DNA of 32,000 nucleotides from Nostoc sp. PCC 7120 = FACHB-418 (GTDB lineage: Bacteria > Cyanobacteriota > Cyanobacteriia > Cyanobacteriales > Nostocaceae): assembly GCF_000009705.1 (NCBI RefSeq), contig NC_003272.1:4230001-4262000 (forward strand), in the 5' to 3' direction. The position numbers and the translations under genes were made by a program. Shown here in pieces: positions 1 through 7,055 of the stretch; positions within the stretch are counted from its first letter, which is position 1, and each line of letters opens with the position of its first letter. The notes beneath the pieces are model-generated. The model made no database searches. It saw nothing but the letters and a program-made list of their open reading frames with translations, and had not been told where the DNA came from.

Positions 1-75
1 GTCAGAATTGGTGAAGAATTGATCCGCGAGAGTCATAAAGTACTCTCGCTTCGCCAGAGACGCAAGAGGGAATCA

Positions 76-1353
76 GTGAAAGTTTTAGTTGTCGGTAACG
101 GGGGACGTGAACACGCTCTAGCGTGGAAACTATTGCAATCGCCACAAATTGAGCAAGTCGCCTGTGTGCCAGGAAATGGGGGGACGGCAACTTTGGCACG
201 TTGCCAAAATGTATCTTTAGCCGTGGATGATTTTGAGGGAATTAGTCAATATGCCTTGAATCAGGGTTTTTCTTTGGTGGTAGTCGGGCCGGAAGTACCC
301 TTGGCAAAAGGAATTACTGACTATCTACAAGAAAAAGGGTTGATGGTGTTTGGGCCAAGCCGAGCCGGAGCGCAAATTGAAGCGAGTAAGGCTTGGGCAA
401 AAGCTCTGATGCAGGAAGCTGGGATTCCTACCGCCAAGGCTGCGGTATTTACAGAGGCAGCAGCAGCCAAGTCATATATTCAGGCACAGGGAGCGCCTAT
501 AGTCGTCAAGGCGGATGGTTTAGCGGCTGGCAAGGGTGTCACCGTGGCAACGACAATTGAACAGGCACAGAGTGCCATTGATGCCATATTTCAAGGGCAG
601 TTTGGTAGTGCGGGTGAGTTTGTTGTCATTGAAGAATGTTTGACTGGGCAAGAAGTTTCTGTATTGGCTTTGACGGATGGATTGACAATTCGTCCCTTGT
701 TACCCGCCCAAGACCATAAGCGAATTGGGGAAGGGGATACAGGGGAAAATACAGGCGGGATGGGAGCTTATGCACCAGCACCAATCGCCACACCAGAGTT
801 AATGGCACTGGTGCAAACCGAAGTTTTAGAAAGAGCGATCGCCACCTTACAATCTAAAGGCATCGATTATCGTGGTGTACTCTACGCCGGGTTGATGATT
901 ACACCCAATGGCGATTTTAAGGTCTTAGAATTTAACTGCCGCTTTGGCGACCCAGAAACGCAAGTCATCCTCCCCTTATTAGCCACCCCCCTAGAAGAAT
1001 TGATTCTAGCTTGTGTACAGCAGCGTTTAGGTGAGCTACCACCCATTGCTTGGCAAGGGGGAGCATCCGCCACCGTAGTGGCAGCTTCCGGCGGCTATCC
1101 TGGGGATTATGAAAAAGGCCAAGTCATTACCGGCATTCCTCAAGCAGAAGCCACAGGTGCAACAGTATTTCATGCAGGCACAAAGTTGAACGCGCAACAA
1201 CAGATAGTTACAGATGGCGGCAGAGTCCTAAATGTTACAGGAATCGGAGAAAATTTCCAACAAGCCCTCGCGCAAGCGTACACTGGAATTAAAGCCATAG
1301 ACTTTTCGGGCATATATTACCGGAGAGATATTGGTTATAGAGTCAATAGTTGA
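76..1353 (+). CDS. purD: Phosphoribosylamine--glycine ligase (GAR synthetase)
   Basis: The tracked ORF 19..1353 opens with a TTG. The conserved PurD N-terminus VKVLVVGNGGREHALAWKL begins at the GTG at 76. ATP-grasp body and C-terminal domain motifs run through to DGGRVLNVTG. Confidence 0.93.
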   Translation: MKVLVVGNGGREHALAWKLLQSPQIEQVACVPGNGGTATLARCQNVSLAVDDFEGISQYALNQGFSLVVVGPEVPLAKGITDYLQEKGLMVFGPSRAGAQIEASKAWAKALMQEAGIPTAKAAVFTEAAAAKSYIQAQGAPIVVKADGLAAGKGVTVATTIEQAQSAIDAIFQGQFGSAGEFVVIEECLTGQEVSVLALTDGLTIRPLLPAQDHKRIGEGDTGENTGGMGAYAPAPIATPELMALVQTEVLERAIATLQSKGIDYRGVLYAGLMITPNGDFKVLEFNCRFGDPETQVILPLLATPLEELILACVQQRLGELPPIAWQGGASATVVAASGGYPGDYEKGQVITGIPQAEATGATVFHAGTKLNAQQQIVTDGGRVLNVTGIGENFQQALAQAYTGIKAIDFSGIYYRRDIGYRVNS

Positions 1354-1374
1354 TAGTCCGAAGTCCATTGTTAA

Positions 1375-1423
1375 CTGTTGACCGTTGACCGTTGACTAAT
1401 AACAACTGACAACTGACAACTGA
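1375..1423. repeat. Tandem heptamer arrays (STRR-type): GTTGACC x2.5, then CAACTGA x3 exact at 1403..1423
   Basis: Read directly: ctgttgaccgttgaccgttgac ... caactgacaactgacaactga. Lies just 3' of the purD stop. Confidence 0.9.
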
Positions 1424-1498
1424 GCTAATGTCCAAAATAACTGTTAATTTTTAAGTTGTTGGGGTTCATAACCAAAGCTACTAACAACTTTATTAGAG

Positions 1499-3451
1499 AT
1501 GCTGGCGCTGTTAAAAACAATTCGAGAAGCGATCGCCAATTGGTGGTCAGAGTTCACACTCCAGACTAAACTGTTAGCCGCAGCCACTTTGGTGGTTTCC
1601 TTGGTGATGAGTGGTCTCACCTTTTGGGCGGTAAACACAATTCAGCAAGATGCCCAAGTGAATGACACCCGTTTTGGGCGGGATTTGGGTCTACTTCTGG
1701 CTGCTAACGTTGCACCCCTGGTTGCTGACCATAATCTGACTGAAGTTGCCCAATTTTCCCAACGCTTCTACAGCAGCACTTCTAGTGTGCGCTATATGCT
1801 CTACGCTGATGAAACTGGGAAAATCTTTTTTGGCATTCCCTTTTGGGAACCAGAGGTAGAAAACTCCCTCTCCATTGAGCGCCGGATACAACTACCAGAA
1901 GAGTACCCTGGTGACGGCGAAAAGCCAATGGTACGGCAACACATGAGTCCAGATGGAATTGTGACTGATGTGTTCATTCCCCTAATTGTCGATAAAAAAT
2001 ACTTGGGTGTGTTGGCTATTGGCATCAACCCCAACCAAACAGCCGTTATCTCCACCAATTTCACCCGTGATGTTACCATTGCGGTTTTTATTACGATTTG
2101 GGTCATGGTGATTTTGGCAGGGGTGGTTAATGCTTTGACTATCACTAAGCCCATTAAAGAATTATTGGTGGGGGTAAAACAAATCGCGGCTGGTAATTTT
2201 AAGCAGCGTATTGATTTGCCCTTGGGAGGCGAACTAGGAGAGTTAATTCTCAATTTTAATGAAATGGCAGAGCGCCTAGAGCGCTATGAAGAGCAGAATA
2301 TTGAGGAACTAACAGCCGAGAAAGCCAAGCTAGAAACCTTAGTTTCCACTATTGCCGACGGTGCTGTGTTGATTGACAACAATATGCAGGTGATTTTAGT
2401 CAACCCCACAGCCAGACACATTTTTGGCTGGGAAGGTGCTGATGATGTGGTGGGTAGTAATGTGTTGCATCACCTACCCCCGGCGGTACAAATGGAAATC
2501 ACCAGACCACTATACGAAATGGCAGCCGGTGAATGTGATAGCGCTGAATTTCGCCTCACCCTCAACCAACCCAGCAACCGCACAATTCGCATTCTTTTGA
2601 CTACAGTCCTCAATCTGCAACGGGAAAGCATCAAAGGTATTGCCATCACGGTGCAGGATATTACCCGTGAGGTGGAACTAAATGAAGCCAAAAGCCAATT
2701 TATCAGCAACGTTTCCCACGAACTGCGAACGCCTTTATTTAATATCAAATCTTTTATTGAAACCCTCCATGACTACGGCGAAGACTTGAGTTTAGAAGAA
2801 CGCCAAGAGTTTCTGCAAACAGTTAATCATGAAACCGATCGCCTAACTCGTCTTGTTAATGATGTTTTAGATTTATCTAAGTTGGAATCTGGTCGTAGCT
2901 ACAGTTTCGATGGTGTAGATTTAGCCCAGGCCATTGAACAAACACTACGTACCTATCAACTCAATGCTAGAGACAAAGGTATCGAACTCATCCAAGATGT
3001 TGCTCCTGGCTTGCCACTAGTCTTAGGGAATTACGATTTACTATTACAAGTCTTAGCTAATTTGGTCGGAAATGCCCTCAAATTCACTTCCTCCGGTGGC
3101 AAAATAGCCATTCGTACCTATGTATTAAACACTAAATCCAATTCCCCCAATCAGCCTGCCCAAGTGCGTATCGAAGTTTCTGACACCGGCATCGGTATTG
3201 CCCAGGAAGACCAACAGGCGATTTTTGACCGATTCTTCCGGGTAGAAAACAGAGTCCACACTTTAGAAGGCACAGGTTTAGGGTTGTCGATTGTGAGAAA
3301 TATTGTGGAACGACACCGCAGTAGAGTAAATCTAGTTAGTGAAGTGGGAGTGGGTACTACTTTTTGGTTTGACTTAATTTTGTTTGAGGACGAAGCACCA
3401 AAAAAGATGGTTGAATCTGGTGAGGAGAAGGCAGCAATGCCGACTAGTTAG
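1499..3451 (+). CDS. hik33: Membrane sensor histidine kinase (2 TM, HAMP, PAS, HisKA, HATPase_c), Hik33/NblS/DspA-like
   Basis: N-terminal TM segment and a second TM before a HAMP-like linker. H-box SNVSHELRTPL, N-box LVGNALKFT, and G-boxes DTGIGI and GTGLGLSIV. The N-terminal DTRFGRDLGLLLAANVAPLV block matches my memory of NblS/Hik33 orthologues. The kinase call is secure; the orthologue name is less so. Confidence 0.8.
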   Translation: MLALLKTIREAIANWWSEFTLQTKLLAAATLVVSLVMSGLTFWAVNTIQQDAQVNDTRFGRDLGLLLAANVAPLVADHNLTEVAQFSQRFYSSTSSVRYMLYADETGKIFFGIPFWEPEVENSLSIERRIQLPEEYPGDGEKPMVRQHMSPDGIVTDVFIPLIVDKKYLGVLAIGINPNQTAVISTNFTRDVTIAVFITIWVMVILAGVVNALTITKPIKELLVGVKQIAAGNFKQRIDLPLGGELGELILNFNEMAERLERYEEQNIEELTAEKAKLETLVSTIADGAVLIDNNMQVILVNPTARHIFGWEGADDVVGSNVLHHLPPAVQMEITRPLYEMAAGECDSAEFRLTLNQPSNRTIRILLTTVLNLQRESIKGIAITVQDITREVELNEAKSQFISNVSHELRTPLFNIKSFIETLHDYGEDLSLEERQEFLQTVNHETDRLTRLVNDVLDLSKLESGRSYSFDGVDLAQAIEQTLRTYQLNARDKGIELIQDVAPGLPLVLGNYDLLLQVLANLVGNALKFTSSGGKIAIRTYVLNTKSNSPNQPAQVRIEVSDTGIGIAQEDQQAIFDRFFRVENRVHTLEGTGLGLSIVRNIVERHRSRVNLVSEVGVGTTFWFDLILFEDEAPKKMVESGEEKAAMPTS

Positions 3452-3567
3452 GAGGCTAATCAATTCAACATTCAAAAATTTTTAGACTCGGACATGGGAT
3501 AGAAGAAAACTCAGCACTTTGCTATAAAATCCTTTTGGGGAAATTGTATGCAAAGGTGGGGATTTAG

Positions 3568-3933
3568 ATGGACTGCATTCACTTAACGGAGATTCGCTGC
3601 TATGGCTACACCGGCTATTTGCCAGAGGAACAGGTGTTAGGACAGTGGTTTGAGGTGGATGTCAAGTTATGGTTAGATTTATCCGCAGCTGCTAAGAGTG
3701 ACGAGATCACAGACACGTTAGATTATCGTAGCGTCATTAGCTTAGTCAAAGACTTAGTGAAAAATTCTAAGTTTGCTTTGATAGAAAGATTAGCTGGTGC
3801 GATCGCTGATTCTATTATTCAGCAATGCCATCAAGTTACACAAGTCCAAGTTAAACTCACTAAACCCGCCGCACCCATTCCCGATTTTGGCGGCAAAATC
3901 AGCATTGATGTAACGAAAAGTAGGACTATGTGA
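3568..3933 (+). CDS. folB: Dihydroneopterin aldolase
   Basis: 121 aa. Colinear with the FolB family: GYTGYLPEEQVLGQWFEVDV, AAKSDEITDTLDYRSV, FALIERLA, VKLTKP. Confidence 0.9.
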   Translation: MDCIHLTEIRCYGYTGYLPEEQVLGQWFEVDVKLWLDLSAAAKSDEITDTLDYRSVISLVKDLVKNSKFALIERLAGAIADSIIQQCHQVTQVQVKLTKPAAPIPDFGGKISIDVTKSRTM

Positions 3934-3940
3934 AAGGAGA

Positions 3941-3989
3941 CAGGGGAACAGGGGAACAGGGGAACCACTAATGACAACTGACAACTGAC
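3941..3989. repeat. Tandem octamer CAGGGGAA x3 (3941..3964), then heptamer GACAACT x2.4 (3973..3989)
   Basis: Read directly. Starts 8 nt after the folB stop. Gives three GGGG tracts on the folB sense strand. Confidence 0.9.
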
Positions 3990-4047
3990 CATTGACTAAT
4001 AAGATAATCTAAACTCAAGGTGAGACCGATTATTTGCAGATGCTTTT

Positions 4048-4482
4048 ATGTCCTCTAGTTTAGATTCTTTACCACCTGCACTTGCTAAAATTGTCCAGCG
4101 CTTTCAACGTGCTACCGACCCGAAGCGCCGTTATGAACAATTGATTTGGTATGCTCAAAAGCTGCCGGAGTTCCCAGAAACTGATAAACTCCCGGAAAAT
4201 AAAGTTCCTGGTTGCGTCTCACAAGTTTACGTGACCGCACACTTAAATAATGGTCAGGTTGCCTATGAGGGAGACTCTGATTCTCAATTAACTAAGGGCT
4301 TACTTGCGTTTCTCATTGAAGGGCTAAATGGCCTGACTCCCACAGAAATTGTCCAACTAACTCCAGATTTCATCCAAGCCACTGGTTTAAATGTCAGCTT
4401 GACACCTTCCCGCGCCAACGGATTTTACAACATATTTAAAACCATGCAAAAAAAGGCGCTGGAATGTAAGTTAGAACCATAG
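4048..4482 (+). CDS. sufE: Cysteine desulfuration / Fe-S assembly sulfur acceptor SufE
   Basis: Active-site context VPGCVSQVYV, plus GDSDSQLTKGL and LTPSRANGF, all typical of the SufE/CsdE family. Confidence 0.9.
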   Translation: MSSSLDSLPPALAKIVQRFQRATDPKRRYEQLIWYAQKLPEFPETDKLPENKVPGCVSQVYVTAHLNNGQVAYEGDSDSQLTKGLLAFLIEGLNGLTPTEIVQLTPDFIQATGLNVSLTPSRANGFYNIFKTMQKKALECKLEP

Positions 4483-4501
4483 GGCTGATAATGGAAAAAT
4501 T

Positions 4502-5404
4502 ATGTCTACCAATTTGTTGTCCACCTCTGATCCTACTGGGTTTGGTGGAGTAGTTCATGAATTTCTCTGGCAGTGGGAAGGTCAACCATTACGAGTGGTG
4601 TATGAAACCCTTGGTCAAGGTTCACCACTTTTACTATTACCAGCTTTTAGCAGTGTATCTACCCGCTTGGAAATGGGTGAAATGGCTAGGCTACTAGCTC
4701 CCCATTTCCAAGTAGTCGCAGTGGACTGGCCAGGATTTGGCGAATCTTCTCGCCCCAGCTTAGATTACCGACCAGAAATTTATCAGCGATTTTTAGAAGA
4801 TTTTGTTCAGGCTGTTTTTTCTACCCCAATTACTGTGTTAGCGGCTGGTCATGCGGCTAGTTATGTGTTGCTACTAGCACAAAAACAGCCAGATGCTTTC
4901 TCAAAGATTGTTTTAGTCGCACCCACATGGCGCGGCCCCTTGCCAACGATGGGGGCAAGTTCACAGGTAGCTGGTATAGTGAGGGGATTAGTGCGATCGC
5001 CTATTGTTGGACAAATCCTCTACAAACTTAACACTACACCCTCATTCTTAAATTTCATGTACCGCCGTCATGTTTTCACAGACGCGGATAGACTCACACC
5101 TGCTTTCATCGAGAAAAAGTGGCAAACAACTCAAAAACCAGGAGCCAGATTTGCTTCTGCGGCTTTTGTCACAGGCAATATTGACGCTGTACACAATCAA
5201 AGTGATTTCCTCGCATTAGTACAGTCATTATCTATACCCCTCATGGTAGTTATTGGTGCATCAAGTCCACCCAAATCACGAGAAGAAATGGACGCTGTAG
5301 CCGCAATCCCTGGAGTACAAAGCGTAGTAGTTCCAGGTTCCTTAGGACTGCATGAGGAATACCCAGCAGCTATTTTCGCCGCTATTGAGGATTTTTTATT
5401 TTAA
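4502..5404 (+). CDS. Alpha/beta-fold hydrolase
   Basis: 300 aa. LLLLPAFSS ... VDWPGFGESSRP entry motif, nucleophile-elbow-like AAGHAASY, and C-terminal GLHEEYP. Substrate unknown. Confidence 0.75.
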   Translation: MSTNLLSTSDPTGFGGVVHEFLWQWEGQPLRVVYETLGQGSPLLLLPAFSSVSTRLEMGEMARLLAPHFQVVAVDWPGFGESSRPSLDYRPEIYQRFLEDFVQAVFSTPITVLAAGHAASYVLLLAQKQPDAFSKIVLVAPTWRGPLPTMGASSQVAGIVRGLVRSPIVGQILYKLNTTPSFLNFMYRRHVFTDADRLTPAFIEKKWQTTQKPGARFASAAFVTGNIDAVHNQSDFLALVQSLSIPLMVVIGASSPPKSREEMDAVAAIPGVQSVVVPGSLGLHEEYPAAIFAAIEDFLF

Positions 5405-5431
5405 GGGTGTGGGGGTTTAGGGATTTAGGGG
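5405..5431 (+). repeat. G-tract cluster GGG-TGT-GGGGG-TTTA-GGG-ATTTA-GGGG, directly after the hydrolase stop codon
   Basis: Read directly. Four tracts of 3 or more G with 3-5 nt loops, which fits the canonical G-quadruplex motif. On the sense strand of the upstream gene. Confidence 0.85.
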
Positions 5432-5531
5432 TGAACAGGAAATAATTACATTCAATTGAGCAATTATAGTTGTCGCCAGTAGTGTTAGGACATCAATAGA
5501 TGATACAACCTGGACACAAAAAGACTTTTAA

Positions 5532-5618
5532 CCCAGTCCCCAGTCCCCAGTCCCCAGTCCTCAGTCCCCAGTCCTCAGTCCCCAGTCCTCAGTCCCCAGT
5601 CCCCAGTCCCCAGTCCCA
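5532..5618. repeat. STRR1-type tandem heptamer array, about 12 units of CCCCAGT/CCTCAGT
   Basis: Unit order is C C C C T C T C T C C C, where C = CCCCAGT and T = CCTCAGT. Lies between convergent genes. On the minus strand it reads (ACTGGGG)n, starting 6 nt after the PEP-CTERM gene stop. Confidence 0.95.
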
Positions 5619-5623
5619 GAACA

Positions 5624-6538
5624 TTAATTCAAACTTTTTACCGTCCGCTTCTTCAATCGAGAGAAAGAAAGCGCCAATAATCCTAATAGACCTAAGCTAA
5701 TAGTTGTTGAAGGTTCAGGCACTTGCTCAACGCTGAAATCGAAACTAAATGTACCAGACTCCAGCAAGGGAGTACTACTATCTGTACTGACATCCACAAG
5801 TTTGAATGTTGCCGAGTATTTCCCTAGTGCTGCGGCTGCATCAGTCCAAAACTTGGGTCTGAAAGTGAAATTATCACCAGTACCGATGGTATAAATATCA
5901 CCGACGGAATTGAAAAGATTTACACCTGCTTCGTCAGCAACATTTAATCCACTACTAATTGAAATCAACTGTAGACCAATTGTTGCACCTCCTAAAGATG
6001 ATTGCCAACGACCGCCAGAACTATTAAATAAATACTGGTCGTCTGCATCTGTAGCTGAGGCTAAAGTTTCTACAGTTTCAATTTTGATATTGCTATATTC
6101 TGCCCCTGTCGCAGTACTCACCAAGCGACCAGCAAACGCTCCTTTACCTGGCAATAATTGCAGAGGTATTTGTCCTGTATAGGTTTCAGGGATTCTATTA
6201 TTTATATTTGTCGGGTTAATACTTGGACTACCTAAAGGCCCTGAATAGCTGTAAGCTCCAATACCGTGAAAGTGATTAGTAGTAAAATCTTCTTCCCGAT
6301 GTGCGTATAAAAATGTTAGGCGATTGTAATTAGGGTTGTCTAATCCCGCATACGTACCACTAGCCAGAACTCTTAAACCATCTAACCCAATATAAAACTC
6401 AGTTTCATCAGCATGGGTGTGATTACCATGAGCTTGCGCTGGTGCAATATTGCTGGATAGAGCTAGTGGTGCTGCCACCAACAAGCTCGCTAAGACTGAA
6501 GTAGATGCTTGCCCCAGTTGAATGCTGTATGAAGCCAT
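5624..6538 (-). CDS. Secreted His-rich PEP-CTERM sorting-domain protein (all3515-type, Zur-repressed family candidate)
   Basis: N-terminal signal peptide ending APAQAHG. His clusters HGNHTHADE and NHFHGIG. C-terminal VPEPSTTISLGLLGLLALSFSRLKKR is the PEP motif, a TM helix and a basic tail. Confidence 0.85.
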   Translation of the reverse strand: MASYSIQLGQASTSVLASLLVAAPLALSSNIAPAQAHGNHTHADETEFYIGLDGLRVLASGTYAGLDNPNYNRLTFLYAHREEDFTTNHFHGIGAYSYSGPLGSPSINPTNINNRIPETYTGQIPLQLLPGKGAFAGRLVSTATGAEYSNIKIETVETLASATDADDQYLFNSSGGRWQSSLGGATIGLQLISISSGLNVADEAGVNLFNSVGDIYTIGTGDNFTFRPKFWTDAAAALGKYSATFKLVDVSTDSSTPLLESGTFSFDFSVEQVPEPSTTISLGLLGLLALSFSRLKKRTVKSLN

Positions 6539-6568
6539 ATCACTTATTTCTGACAGTATACTTACTTC

Positions 6569-6583
6569 CGATAATGATTATCA
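6569..6583. promoter_or_regulatory. Fur-family (Zur-type) operator, cGATAATgATTATCa 7-1-7 palindrome
   Basis: Read directly. Centred about 38 nt upstream of the PEP-CTERM ATG. The extended sequence GATAATGATTATCATAATC also fits the triple-hexamer Fur-box pattern. Confidence 0.6.
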
Positions 6584-6764
6584 TAATCAGCAAGGGGCTG
6601 TCAATGAAGAATTTATTAAGAAGCAAATATCCATCCAGTATGAAAGGGAACAGGGAAACTAAGCTGCCTACAATTCCACTCGGCTTTAAACCTTGCTTGT
6701 GATGCTCATCTTCCCTTCTGTTAAGAGTTTCCACCACGAAAGGGAGTGTAAATACTGGTATCAT

Positions 6765-6985
6765 TTAGTTCCATTCATCATCGAGAATCGCAAACCATAA
6801 CTCGTCTACCCAATTATTTTTGAACCATAAACTCTTAATAAAGTGACCTTCCAGACGCATACCAACCCGTTCCAATAATTTGATAGATGCTATGTTTTCT
6901 GGGTCGCAGTTGGCACGGACTCGGTGCAGATTTTGATTTTTAAATAAATATTCCAGTAAACAAGTTATGGCTTCGGTGGTATGAA
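6765..6985 (-). pseudogene. 5'-truncated GNAT (RimJ/RimL-like) N-acetyltransferase remnant
   Basis: My own translation of the minus strand gives ...HTTEAITCLLEYLFKNQNLHRVRANCDPENIASIKLLERVGMRLEGHFIKSLWFKNNWVDELWFAILDDEWN, then a stop. Only the C-terminal ~73 aa of a GNAT fold are present. There is no start codon and no N-terminal half, and an in-frame stop lies at 7023..7025. Confidence 0.6.
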
Positions 6986-6999
6986 TTTTGCATATATAG

Positions 7000-7042
7000 C
7001 TGTTGACAGACTTGAAAGCCTTTCATTATCAGGTTTTTATCC
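7000..7042. repeat. 43-bp dispersed repeat, copy A (inverted relative to copy B at 27094..27136)
   Basis: The reverse complement, ggataaaaacctgataatgaaaggctttcaagtctgtcaacag, aligns with 27094..27136 at 37/43 positions and includes a 23-bp perfect core. Confidence 0.85.
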
Positions 7043-7055
7043 TATTTTCACAAAA

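Noticed and set aside
1801-2253. Long antisense ORFs inside confident genes: 1801..2253, 7685..8110, 25580..25996, 15638..15961, 16021..16377, 19598..19885 and others.
   Set aside because: They are shadow ORFs opposite strongly supported CDSs, with no independent start context or motifs.
5500-5700. 66-aa plus-strand ORF rich in SPQSPVPSP.
   Set aside because: It is a translation of the CCCCAGT/CCTCAGT heptamer array and overlaps the 3' end of the PEP-CTERM gene. It is a periodic repeat artefact, not a gene.
6505-6764. Tracked ORFs 6505..6702 (+) and 6540..6764 (-).
   Set aside because: Both overlap the Fur-family operator and promoter region of the PEP-CTERM gene. They are AT-rich with Ile/Lys-run composition, have no ribosome-binding site and carry no motif.
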